Positions 40,916 to 51,500 of a DNA stretch of 64,000 nt are shown here, one piece after another (the first letter of the stretch is position 1; each line of letters begins with the position of its first letter). Under the pieces are notes generated by a model, which saw nothing but the letters and a program-made list of their open reading frames with translations, had not been told where the DNA came from and did no database searches. This DNA is from a virus (lineage: Duplodnaviria > Heunggongvirae > Uroviricota > Caudoviricetes). Where the stretch lies: IMG/VR virus record IMGVR_UViG_3300023371_000083. The stretch is one strand, 5' to 3'. The translations under genes were made by a program, and so were the position numbers.

Positions 40916-41543
40916 ATTCGTAATCCTCCTTTGTATCAATATCGATGGTTTGTTCTTCGGGAATTTCAATCAGTGCCAAATCGTCTTTCAGCATATATCC
41001 ATCTAATTTAAATAATTCTTTATTAAAAATATGGAAGCAATGTGCGGCTTGATATAATGGATCAATTTCTTTTGTGGTTAATTTTTGATAATCAATATCC
41101 GTTTTAACATTGATATCTTTATCCCAAAGCCAGTTTTGAAATCTTTTAACGCTTGTGCCATATTCTTTTTTGCTCGCTAAGAATTGGCCGATTGATGAAA
41201 TAATAGTTTGTGGTGTTAGAAAAATGAGGCATGGATTTAGAAACATTAAGTATTTTTCTGGTACGCCAAGAATGTCTTTAAAAATAAATCGTAATGGAGT
41301 TTCTGCTTCTGCTGTAGCAGGGTGACGAATAATAATTTGTACATTTGGATATTTTTTAGCAATATCAATTAACTCTTTGTCACAAACCAAGACATATGTA
41401 TTTAGACCATAATAACTTTTAATATAATCCAGTTTCTTACAACAGATTTCAAACATACAAGTATCACCAATTGGTAAAGTCTGTTTGTTTGGTAATCTCT
41501 GACTACTCAATCTTGCTGGCACAAAAATTCCTACATGTTTCAA
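40875..41543 (-). CDS. CMP-sugar synthetase (acylneuraminate/KDO cytidylyltransferase family)
   Basis: N-terminal PARLSSQRLPNKQ matches the NeuA/KdsB signature. Confidence 0.6.
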   Translation of the reverse strand: MKHVGIFVPARLSSQRLPNKQTLPIGDTCMFEICCKKLDYIKSYYGLNTYVLVCDKELIDIAKKYPNVQIIIRHPATAEAETPLRFIFKDILGVPEKYLMFLNPCLIFLTPQTIISSIGQFLASKKEYGTSVKRFQNWLWDKDINVKTDIDYQKLTTKEIDPLYQAAHCFHIFNKELFKLDGYMLKDDLALIEIPEEQTIDIDTKEDYEYAKFKYETSKVHF

Positions 41544-42358
41544 TATAAAATACCTCCTTTTTCTCGTGTGTATCTCCCGCCACTATTATTGCAATAAAAA
41601 CACGGCATATCAGATGTAAACTCTGCAGAAGTTACACTTTTTACAAAATCTAAATATTTTTTAGATGATAGCATTTCGGATAATTTGCTTTCTTTTAAAT
41701 CACCTAAAATATATTTTTTTTGATTTTCACAATCGTTTCTCACATTACAGCATGGGCTAACTGTCCCATCATAATTAATTCCAATAAAATAAATAGGCTC
41801 ATAACACGGAGCCTCTCTTTTTATCTTAGAATATTCTGTTAAATTACCTCCACGATCAGAAATATTTGCTGTTTCTAACCATGAGTAATAATAGAGAATT
41901 GTTTTCTCATTGTATCTACCTACAAAATAATGGTCATATTCAATGATATCTGAAACATTCCATTTTTGTAATTGTTGCAAAACAAAATCTCTGCCTTTAT
42001 AATCGTAATCCATAATAGTTAATTCATCGACTAACATTGTTTGAAGAATTTGCTCATTAATATAATCGCCATTCGTGTTTGACACAATTGTTGTATCAGG
42101 AAAATAATGTTTTATTAATTGCATTGCATCACGCAATTCTTCGTGATTTGAAAATGGCTCATTATAACGTGAAAATGAAAATTTTCCTTCATATCCATTA
42201 ACTTTTAATTCTTGGAGGAGAGTGGTAAACACATTATAATTAAGCCATTCAATTTTACTTTTGCGGTCTATATAACTATTTGGACACCAGTTGCATTTGC
42301 GATTGCAATAAGAAAATAATTCTATTTCCACCAATCTAAGTTTTGAAATAATATCCAT
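41540..42358 (-). CDS. radical SAM protein (CxxxCxxC: CNRKCNWC) with C-terminal Cys-rich (SPASM-like) region
   Basis: Direct motif read. The true start MDIISK follows the upstream TAA by 1 nt. Confidence 0.6.
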   Translation of the reverse strand: MDIISKLRLVEIELFSYCNRKCNWCPNSYIDRKSKIEWLNYNVFTTLLQELKVNGYEGKFSFSRYNEPFSNHEELRDAMQLIKHYFPDTTIVSNTNGDYINEQILQTMLVDELTIMDYDYKGRDFVLQQLQKWNVSDIIEYDHYFVGRYNEKTILYYYSWLETANISDRGGNLTEYSKIKREAPCYEPIYFIGINYDGTVSPCCNVRNDCENQKKYILGDLKESKLSEMLSSKKYLDFVKSVTSAEFTSDMPCFYCNNSGGRYTREKGGILY

Positions 42359-42359
42359 T

Positions 42360-43055
42360 TTATTCAAATCCTTTTATCCATTGATTAAATGCTGTTTCAT
42401 CGTTAATATATTTACTAGGTGTAACATCTTGATAATTATAAAAATTTTCAGATAATTGACGTTGATAATTCATGGTTGCATTTATCAATTCACCTACATA
42501 CTAAGTTGTATATTGTATAGTATATTTATCTACTAACAAACACCCTATATTTTTAGGCGGGATATAATTCACTACAGAATCAAGATATAAATAGCGATAT
42601 GATAATGGCGAAGATAATTTTAAAGATTGATAATAATCCATAAGATTCTATACACAGTCATTAGATATGATACATAAAACTTTATAGTCAGGAGATAATT
42701 CGCCATCATCCATTAAAAACCTTAAAGCAGCAACACGATGTCTACCTTCATACACATAAAAACATCCTTTATTTTCTATAGGGTAAACACAAAGAGGGAA
42801 GTACATTCCTTTAGATAGTATCTCTTCACCAAAAGCTTTTTGCTTTTCTTTATATTTTTTTATAAACGGATTATCAATATTTTGGCTCCATATATCTTTG
42901 TCATTGTCAAGAGGGTCTGGAAATAAATATTGGATACTTATAAACTTGAAATCTAATATATTGCTGCGTATAAGGGGGCGTAAGGCATAATATATATAAT
43001 CCGAATGATATATTTTAGAAAATTGCTCTACAGAACAATTAATTCTAGTCAACAA
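42360..43055 (-). CDS. ParB/sulfiredoxin-like nuclease-domain protein; 135-aa ORF-track part ends in TAG (42648) and continues in frame through a second TAG (42501) to TAA at 42360
   Basis: YEGRHRVAALR ParB motif. The extension has no RBS of its own and ends exactly at the next gene's start. Confidence 0.45.
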
Positions 43056-43069
43056 AATATCATCTCCTA

Positions 43070-43225
43070 TTATACTATTTTATTACCATTAGAGTCATAC
43101 CCTAACGCCGTTAAAAGATGTAGTACATCTAATAAAAACTCATCAGGCACTAATTTCACTTCAGTATTATTTTTATCACAAGTTCTCAGTCCTGCTTTTA
43201 CTAATCTAAAATATAATTCTGCCAT
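43070..43225 (-). CDS. small protein (51 aa), TAATG-coupled to upstream gene
   Basis: Direct read; RBS GGAGGT. Confidence 0.3.
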   Translation of the reverse strand: MAELYFRLVKAGLRTCDKNNTEVKLVPDEFLLDVLHLLTALGYDSNGNKIV

Positions 43226-43557
43226 TATTCATTACCTCCAGACTTATTTATAAATGCTTCATAAATAGTAGCTTGAGCTTCCATAATAATTAAATTGTCT
43301 GCTTTTTGAGACTCATATTGTTCTGCTATAGCCTCCATGATAACTAAAATGTTTGAGGGTTCTTGAAGTAAAGATTCAATACTAGATAATTTATCTAATA
43401 CAGTATTATCTTCGCTCTTTAATCCAATATCTATAAATTCACCTTCTACATATTTTTTATGAAGAACATCAAGTCCTGTTTCTACTACATTCTCGTGGAA
43501 TCCAGGATCACTAGCTATAAGAACACAGATATCATTTTCATCTAATATAGCATACAT
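43225..43557 (-). CDS. hypothetical acidic protein (tail-fiber chaperone candidate)
   Basis: ORF track; sits downstream of a tail fiber gene. Confidence 0.35.
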   Translation of the reverse strand: MYAILDENDICVLIASDPGFHENVVETGLDVLHKKYVEGEFIDIGLKSEDNTVLDKLSSIESLLQEPSNILVIMEAIAEQYESQKADNLIIMEAQATIYEAFINKSGGNE

Positions 43558-43604
43558 AATTCATGATACCTCCTTTAATAATATATACGATAAGAACTAT
43601 TACT

Positions 43605-44474
43605 CTATAGTTTCACAATATAAGGTATACCATCCACAGTTCTAATACATCCTTGACTAACTAAATAATTATAAAGATAGTAGTCATTCTGTGTCCATAG
43701 TTCAGTTCTATCTAATCTAGGAGCTGGATTTAATTCTGCAGCATCTCCGTAACCATAAGACTTCAAAGAATTTGCTATATATAACTCTGTAGTTACAGTT
43801 CTTTTGAAACCCATAATTCTGCAACGAACATTCTGTATATCGAAGTCAGCTCCACTCGATGGCGTACCATAAGTGTTTACTATCATCGCAAGCTTGAAAG
43901 TTTGACCCGCATAACTGTTACCAAGCCCATAATTAGTATATATTTTATCATATGTTTTTGAAGTACCGGCGGCTATATTACTCAAACTTTCCAATGAAAA
44001 CATAGGGGAAAAATTCCCAGCACTATCTACTGTACCAGCATGAAATCTGAGAACTCCAGGGTTACTTCCTACATGAGTGTACTTACAGTCAACTCTTATT
44101 CCGCAAGTATCTGCAAGTATTTGAATGTCACCCAATACGACATATCCAGTATCTTGATTACATCTTGTGGCGGTAGATAAAAAATTAAATGTCTGACTTG
44201 CAGTTTTCACCAAATAATCATCAGCTCTCTTTAGTGGAGCAACATTTGCAGATATATTATTAATTAAAGTGTTTGCAGCCTCTACTTTAGTTTTTACAGT
44301 TGCCAAATCATTTTTAACACTAGATATATCATTTTTAACTCCAGATACATCAGTTCTCACATTAGACACATCAGTTTTAACTCCTGATACATTTGTGTTA
44401 ACTTCTTGTAATGTAGTTTGTTTCGCCATATCCATACTAGGATCTAAATCAAACTCATTTATTTTAGAAGACAT
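43605..44474 (-). CDS. tail fiber-like protein with N-terminal heptad (T-D-V-S-x-V-K/R) repeats
   Basis: Six or more heptads VSGVKTDVSNVRTDVSGVKNDISSVKNDLATVKTKV, then a beta-rich C-terminal domain. Confidence 0.5.
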   Translation of the reverse strand: MSSKINEFDLDPSMDMAKQTTLQEVNTNVSGVKTDVSNVRTDVSGVKNDISSVKNDLATVKTKVEAANTLINNISANVAPLKRADDYLVKTASQTFNFLSTATRCNQDTGYVVLGDIQILADTCGIRVDCKYTHVGSNPGVLRFHAGTVDSAGNFSPMFSLESLSNIAAGTSKTYDKIYTNYGLGNSYAGQTFKLAMIVNTYGTPSSGADFDIQNVRCRIMGFKRTVTTELYIANSLKSYGYGDAAELNPAPRLDRTELWTQNDYYLYNYLVSQGCIRTVDGIPYIVKL

Positions 44475-44544
44475 TTTTCATTCCTCCTTTTTAAAATAAA
44501 AGAGGGTAGTTAACCCTCATGAAATTTTATTGTGTTTAGTTAAA

Positions 44545-44697
44545 TCACTCAGCGTAATCTTCGCCAGTGATTTCTTTGTATTCTTTTTTTGTCAGAGAAT
44601 TCTTTTCGCCATTTTCAACTCTGATTACAAACTCATCTTTTGTTTTTACTCCTGCTTCATACAGGCGTTTCATACTCTCAATGATTTTAGTATTCAT
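44545..44697 (-). CDS. XkdX-like small phage protein (50 aa)
   Basis: KRLYEAGVKTKDEFVIRVENGEKNSLTKKEYKEITGEDY resembles the PBSX XkdX family. Confidence 0.5.
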   Translation of the reverse strand: MNTKIIESMKRLYEAGVKTKDEFVIRVENGEKNSLTKKEYKEITGEDYAE

Positions 44698-44882
44698 TAC
44701 AGAACACCTTCTTCCATTAACATTGCTGTATATTCATCAATTGCAGCATTTGCGATTTCTTCGTTTGTCTTTGACACCATAGCCTCGATACGATCTAACT
44801 GAGAAAGCTCAATAACTATTTCTTGTTTTACATCCACCCATTCTCCATTTTCATACTTTTTACCAAGTGGATTGAAATTCAC
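44697..44882 (-). CDS. hypothetical protein (XkdW-position)
   Basis: ORF track. Confidence 0.35.
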   Translation of the reverse strand: MNFNPLGKKYENGEWVDVKQEIVIELSQLDRIEAMVSKTNEEIANAAIDEYTAMLMEEGVL

Positions 44883-45100
44883 ATCAACGCAGAAAGTGCA
44901 CAGGTAGTTGTTGTGCTGTCGGAAGTAAGTGTTGTGATAATCCGCTGGACGGATTTAATGCAGGTTGCTGTAACTCCTACATTAAGAGTATTATTTAAAT
45001 TATTGACCTTTCCTAAAATTTCTTCAGATGTACTCTGCATAGCAACTCCATCAAAAACAGAATCATCAAGAGATCCAGCCATAATTTTTGAAGAACCCAT
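44879..45100 (-). CDS. hypothetical Ser/Thr-rich protein
   Basis: RBS AAAGGAG. Confidence 0.35.
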   Translation of the reverse strand: MGSSKIMAGSLDDSVFDGVAMQSTSEEILGKVNNLNNTLNVGVTATCIKSVQRIITTLTSDSTTTTCALSALM

Positions 45101-45185
45101 ATCAATTCTCCTTTCTTAATATAAAAAAGAGGGATTGATATTAATCAACCACCTCTAAAATATTATAAATGTTCATTTATTGTAA

Positions 45186-45287
45186 TTATTTATCCAGTTC
45201 GCTTTGAACTGTTTCTCTCCACTTTGCAGGCACATCATTAATGGTTTTAAGACCTTTTTTAATTAAATTAACATATAGTTTTACCAT
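45186..45287 (-). CDS. XkdX-like small protein (33 aa), TAATG-coupled
   Basis: MVKLYVNLIKKGLKTINDVPAKWRETVQSEL; RBS AGGAGGTG. Confidence 0.4.
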   Translation of the reverse strand: MVKLYVNLIKKGLKTINDVPAKWRETVQSELDK

Positions 45288-45706
45288 TATTCTGCACCTC
45301 CTAAAATAATTTCTGCTAATTCAGCAACAGCTAACTGTGTGTCAACAGACTCCTGTGCGATACTGGCAAGTTTTGTTTCAGAATATGTTCTCTGTGCCAT
45401 AGAAACAAAAATTCTTTTTTCAACAACAGCTTCTGTTTTCTCTGTAGCTTTTTGGATTTCTACTTCTTTTTTTACTAACTCAGCACGAATTGTATAACCT
45501 GTATGAATTGCTTTACTACCATCATCGCCAATAATAACAATAGATCCACAATTATCTTCTGTAAATACTGAATCAAGTTCATCCATACTAAAACTGTCAT
45601 TAAAAATAAAAGTTAATGTATCACGATTAATACCTTGTATATATTTTAATTCACCTGTCACTAAGATAGGTGTTAATTCTACTGCATTTGTTAATACAAT
45701 TTTCAT
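45287..45706 (-). CDS. hypothetical structural protein
   Basis: ORF track. Confidence 0.4.
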   Translation of the reverse strand: MKIVLTNAVELTPILVTGELKYIQGINRDTLTFIFNDSFSMDELDSVFTEDNCGSIVIIGDDGSKAIHTGYTIRAELVKKEVEIQKATEKTEAVVEKRIFVSMAQRTYSETKLASIAQESVDTQLAVAELAEIILGGAE

Positions 45707-45725
45707 GTTTGTTTACCTCCTTTTA

Positions 45726-46952
45726 TTAACCTAAGAATTTAATGATAACTGCACCAGGTTGTCCATTTGCACCATGACTTGAACCAGAAGCATTACCAGA
45801 ACCGCCATTGCCACCTGTACCATAAGAACCAATAGAACAGCCACCAGATTGTCCAGATGCTAAATTTCCGTATGATGTACCTACAGCACTACCTCTATTG
45901 AGACGCGTACCTACAAACTGAGCACCTGTGCCACCCTTACCACCTGCAACGGAGTATAAATTACCAAAAGATGTAGTTCCTCCTTGTTCGCCATTATAGC
46001 CACTTATATAAGTCGCAGATGAAACTTGTACATCTTTTTTCATACCTCTTACCCCTGCGGCGCCTATAGTAATTGTATATGATGCACCTTTTGATAAAGT
46101 TGTAGTATATAAAGCACCAGAACCACCACCAGCACCACCATTTGCGCCTGCATATGTGGATTTATCAGAAGTTACTCTAATACCACCAGCACCGCCTCCA
46201 CCACCACCATGTAATTCGATGGAGTACTGACCATCATCTGGTACAGTGAATGTGCCATTGGAAGTAAAAGTCCATGTATACCCAACAGGGGTGTCCGCAG
46301 ATGAGAAAAACTTCCTTGCTACATTATCTACACCAACATGACTAACTTTTATTTTTCTAGAAACATTGTTTATACCTGTCTATTTTTTTTTAACTTTTCT
46401 AGACACACCAGTTGATGTATGTACAGTGATTGTTGTGCTATTTAAAAAATATGGTATATTAGCATCACACCATTCCTTTGTTGGTTCATTCCCAGAACCG
46501 AAACAAGCAGTTAAATCAATCAACATTGGCTCTTTTCTATAAGTAACTGCAGAAGTATTTACTACGAAGTTTCTAAACACCCATGTTCCACTCACATCTG
46601 TAAATGCTTTTGTGTTTGATGTCATTTCCCAATTGTCGGTTTTCTAATGATATGCCCATACTGACAGACAATTTGCGTCAGAAGCCCAGTATTCAAATCT
46701 ACCATCGCTAAATGTTGAGTTTACTGGTGCTTTAACCATACATCGAATGTAATAAATATGGTTAACAACAGGTGCATTTAACATAACAGTGAAATGAGAG
46801 TCGCCACTAGCAACCGGAAATACAAACTCTTCATATGCATTCACAGATGGTAAAGTCGCACCACTTTTAGTCCAAGCAGAAGGTTGGGGAAGTAAATTGG
46901 TGAGTCCAATTTGAATCTCTGATGTACTACTAACATACATTCCTTTAGCCAT
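45726..46952 (-). CDS. glycine-rich tail fiber/structural protein (about 408 aa) with in-frame TAGs at 46380 and 46644
   Basis: ORFs 46644..46952, 46380..46625 and 45726..46043 are all in one frame, joined by TAGs. C-terminal GGGGGAGG / GTGGNGGSGNASGSS runs. RBS AAGGCGGTGAG. Confidence 0.5.
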
Positions 46953-46964
46953 GTTCTCACCGCC

Positions 46965-48302
46965 TTATTCGTACACCAGATGGATACAACCGTTGGCAAG
47001 GGCAGAGCCTGCACCGATATCTGTTGTGCCTTTGGTGATGTTGTGTTCACCGTAGATGTTGTAACTTTTTGCACTTCCATCAATAACATCATATAAAAAC
47101 ATAGAATTTTCTAACTAACCAGAAGCGTGATTGGTCAGAACCAAAGAACGTCTGTTATTATTATCGAATTTTACATCATATGCAACGGCATAAGTCTGTC
47201 CATTGTAACTACCGAACAAACCTAAACCATCAGATACAAATAAATCCCCGCCTCTCAGCGTTCCGCCTTCGGTTGTAAAGATTTCTTTCCAACCTGTCCA
47301 TGTAATATTACCATTTGCTGTGTAGTGTTCAGCGAACCATCTTCTGCTAGTGTTTGCCGCTTCTAATGTTAAAGATGTTCTGCTATCCATAGACTTATAA
47401 ATAATACAAGTTGCTGTTGTTGTGGGATATTGACTCGCATTATTGGAAGATGTAACATGAAACATTAACATTGAATTGTTCGGTAAAGACGCCATAATAC
47501 CATCAATTGTTTCTTCACCTACAGTAATACCAATCTGCTCAAGGGATGTGTATGTTTTTAAATTTGAATCCATCACTCTATCTAATGGCAAACTATCTTT
47601 TCTAATACTGCGACCAGACATATACTCTTCTGTTTCATTAGTTTCAATTTGTTTAAACACTTCCATTGTAATTGTTGTTCCAATAGAAACACCTTCAGTT
47701 AAAACAACTTTCATACCAGAAACCACAAAGTCAGAATTTTTATGTAATACCAGTTGACCTTGATATACTTTTAATACATCAATTGCATCATCAAATGTAT
47801 CAAAGGGAACAATAAATTCTCTTTGTCCATCTTCTACTGCAACTAAAGTATCAATCATATATACCATTTTGCCATTAATGGGAATTTTATTAATTTCATT
47901 ATCAACATACTCTTTGGTAGTTACAGTTTCTGCTAATCTATCTAATGGCATTGTGCCAACGCCAATATTAACACCAGATAATGCTGATTCTTCATCTGCA
48001 CTAACTACGGCTTTAAACACAATGATATCAATTGTTCTGCCCGCAGGAACACCTTCAAGCAAAATAACTTTTGTACCATCGATAATCTAATCATCTACAG
48101 CAGATAATTTCATACGACCTGAAAAAACCATAACTGTGTCTTTTGAGTAGTCAAATGTCTGCATTGGAATTATAAATTCTGTTTGACCATTGAATTCTGC
48201 GGTGTGTCGAAAATCGTATTTTACTAAGTTACCACTGGTAGCAAGAATTTGTTTTTTAATTTTTTGAATCTCAACGAGATTCTTAAAAGCATCAATACTC
48301 AC
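46965..48302 (-). CDS. tail fiber-like protein with tandem about 60-aa repeats and in-frame TAGs at 47115 and 48087
   Basis: The repeat ...GQLVLHKNSDFVVSGMKVVLTEG aligns with ...GRMKLSAVDD[TAG]IIDGTKVILLEG across the TAG. RBS AAAGGAGGT. Confidence 0.5.
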
Positions 48303-48334
48303 ATTAACTTACCTCCTTTATAAATAAAAAAGAC

Positions 48335-49558
48335 TCAAATAATCATTTCTGAGCCATACTCAAAGTTTTGGTTATTAAAACGTGTTTCAGTATCTTTTCT
48401 CTTGTATAAAACATAAATACCACTTTCATCATATACAGTAAACTCAGATGTGATCACGCCATTAATGTGAGAATTGTCAGTTAAAACATATTTAGCAACT
48501 ACAATAGATTCATCGGAGGCTAAATGTGCTTGCAAAGTATATACAGGTTCAATATCAGTAAATACAACAACCACATCTTCTCTTTCAAAATAATGTTGAT
48601 AAATCCATTGTTGAACACTCTTGCCAGTAGCATCTTTTACATAAGCAGCTCTTGTTTCTGGGTACATGGGAGTGTATTCGCCATCACTGTTTTTTGTTTT
48701 CATTAAAATTCTACCATCTTCTTGTAGGTGTAACCATAAGCCGCCTTCTTCTAAGTTTGACATAGGGTTTTCGCCATAAGAAACTTGTAGTAAAATTTTC
48801 ATTTTAACCCAATATGTAGATCCATCAATAGGGCGAGTATTAATATTGGGCTGCAAACAATACCACATAAAACCATCACAGGAAACCATATGATATTGTT
48901 CGTATTCAATATTATTTACCCATTCACCTCTAGGGGATAAGCCTAAACCAGTGTCACCAGTATCACCTTTGTCACCTTTATCGCCTTTTAATGCGGCAAG
49001 CTGTTCAGGTGTAAAGTCTTCATATCTAAAAGGTTCACCTTTATCGCCTTTATCACCTTTGTCACCTTTATCGCCTTTCATGGAGATTTGAAGATATTTG
49101 TCTGGTGTTTCAATAGGTGTTTCTCCGGCAACAATACCATCACCATATACTAAAAAGTATTGTCTGATTCCATCTACAGGATATCTCACAACATCAAATT
49201 TATTTAATAAATCATCACCATTAGCAGTAGAGGACATTGTAGGAGTCCAGTCGCCTTTCAGATTACCAATTCTGAAAATTTTGTCTTGGATATTATCATA
49301 AAAATATCTTTCTACAGCTACGATTGAGTGATACATTGTCATTAGTTTATCTGCATTAATAATGCATTCCATTAAACTGGGGTTTGCATTTAGCAGTTCA
49401 ATTGCTGAAGCTGTTTGCCCACCAGCAATTAATGAATTATACTGAGCAATCAGATTTACTTCAGATGCAGAGGGATCTCTCCAAGCAACATTTTTACTGA
49501 CTTGCTCTGGAAATTGCGTATGCGTTAAATCAGGATAAGTTACGCTCAATTCCGTCAA
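48335..49558 (-). CDS. collagen-like repeat (GDKGDKGDKGDKGE, Gly-X-Y) tail fiber protein
   Basis: Two blocks of G-D-K triplets. Start TTG/TTG after RBS AAAGGAG. Confidence 0.55.
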   Translation of the reverse strand: MTELSVTYPDLTHTQFPEQVSKNVAWRDPSASEVNLIAQYNSLIAGGQTASAIELLNANPSLMECIINADKLMTMYHSIVAVERYFYDNIQDKIFRIGNLKGDWTPTMSSTANGDDLLNKFDVVRYPVDGIRQYFLVYGDGIVAGETPIETPDKYLQISMKGDKGDKGDKGDKGEPFRYEDFTPEQLAALKGDKGDKGDTGDTGLGLSPRGEWVNNIEYEQYHMVSCDGFMWYCLQPNINTRPIDGSTYWVKMKILLQVSYGENPMSNLEEGGLWLHLQEDGRILMKTKNSDGEYTPMYPETRAAYVKDATGKSVQQWIYQHYFEREDVVVVFTDIEPVYTLQAHLASDESIVVAKYVLTDNSHINGVITSEFTVYDESGIYVLYKRKDTETRFNNQNFEYGSEMII

Positions 49559-49560
49559 CT

Positions 49561-49597
49561 CCTTTATATAAAAATACCCAGCAGTTTTTTCTGCTGG
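49561..49597 (-). terminator. intra-operon rho-independent terminator (CCCAGCAG-A6-CTGCTGGG + T-run) after the Tal/RBP gene
   Basis: Direct read on the minus strand. Confidence 0.45.
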
Positions 49598-49609
49598 GAT
49601 GTATTAATA

Positions 49610-51500
49610 TTAAATAGTCGCAAATTTACCAGTGCCATTATTATAATAATATCGTTGTTCAACACGATCATATAAACAAGCAATACCACGATAATCAATC
49701 ATTGGTAAATAATCTCTAATTAAAATGTCATTATCATATATTTTACAAGAATATAGTCTGCCAACAAATCCATGACCATCACCACCATCAGGTTGATTGT
49801 CTCTAAACAATCGTAATTCACATGTTGCATCAAATGGGATGTATTGATGTTCTCCGATAACAATATTGTCAAAACTAATTTGATTTTTATTAGCATCCAC
49901 AATATGCCGCCCAATCATATTATATTGGAATGTGATATCTGATTGTTCGCCATAAGATGATAGCATTGAATGTGGTGCTATATTTACATTTTGAGAATAT
50001 ATACAGAACGCTTGTCTGCATTCATTATTTCGTGATGAAAATAATGTATAATAGCCAATAGCGTCTTGTTGTAAAATTTCATAGTTAAATACAACTCGAG
50101 TATTTTCGTCTGGTACAAATCCAGTATTGATATATTGATTACCATCACACGTTAAATAATTTACTGGAATCGAATCAGATTGGTTTGAATAAAAACTTCC
50201 TGTGCCTTGATTATAATAATACTGTTTTGTTACACAATCATATAAACAAACAATTCCATTTCCATCTTGAGCAGGAATATAATCTCTTACAAGGGTACTA
50301 TTATGGTCATAAATTGCCATATTGTATAATTTTGCTGGTAAAAACTCACCAGCACGACCATTATTATTTAGTGCAAAAATATAAAGTGGATTTGCAGTTC
50401 TTACGCCAGTATCATTAGTGCCAGTTTGACCAGAACATATTATATTATTATTGATAATTAATGTAATATTATTTGCAAATGTTTGTAGTGCAATACAATA
50501 TTTCGTATCAATAGTTTCGCCATTAGATGGTATATTTAAATATCCGCCATCGCCAAGTCCAAATTGATATAAATAGTTATACTGATTGTATTGATAAGGA
50601 AATCCCCAAAAGAACTGTTGTCCAAATTGCTCTGCATCTCTTGCACCAACAATCATACCTTGATATAGGCTAGGGTATTCAATATTTAACCTTGCCATAT
50701 ACCCATTTGGAACGGAAAGGTTAGTATTAATATATTGTGTTCCAGTTGAACCAATATATTTTAATGATTGCATACCAATTGGCGCTGCAACAAACTTTCC
50801 AGATCCTTGGTTATAGTAATATTTTTGTTCAACACGGTCATACACACAAGCAACATCATTTTCATCTAATGCTGGAATGAAATCACGAATTAAGACATTT
50901 TTATTATATAGTTTACAACCAAAAAATCTGATTTTTGAAAACTCGTTAACAGAACCATTATCATTGTCTGCAAAAATAACAATATTGTGTGGGCAAGTAA
51001 ATTGAGTTGCTGTGCTGGTAAAAGCAACAGTATCATTAAAATACACATTATTGTTATCTAAATTTAATGCAACATTATATCGTGTATTAACACCTGTATA
51101 ACATGCTGCAGCTGTAGGTTCTAGTTTGTTTGAACCACGGCAACAATAATATTTGCCATCATTACTAAATCCGACATACAATGCATTTTCATTATGTACA
51201 ACTCTAGAACCAAGAACCATATTATATTTGCTAATACATTCAATTGGTGTGAAATCAATGTTGTATGTAATATTTTCACTTGGTTTAACGCCAGTATCAA
51301 TCTATTGTTGACCAGTTGATTCGATAAATGCAATTTGTCTGACTTTTGCATCTTGGTATACAAATTGTCCGTTGCCTTTATTATAATGAAATTTTCTATT
51401 TACCTTGTCATATAAACATGGAATATTATTTATATCTAACACTGGAATAAAATCACGAACTAAAATATCATTATCATAAATTTGACAACCAAATAATCTC
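49610..51500 (-). repeat. four diverged tandem DNA/protein repeats (about 450-600 nt each) inside the Tal/RBP gene
   Basis: Nucleotide blocks near 49610-49680, 50180-50250, 50795-50860 and 51360-51425 are about 70% identical (...attataataatactgtt...catataaacaa...). Confidence 0.5.

Noticed and set aside
46841-47092. ORF-track 83-aa protein MMLLMEVQ...
   Set aside because: Alternative frame across the fiber-gene boundary. The RBS-supported start of the next gene (MAKGMY at 46952) and the in-frame continuation of the fiber explain the region.
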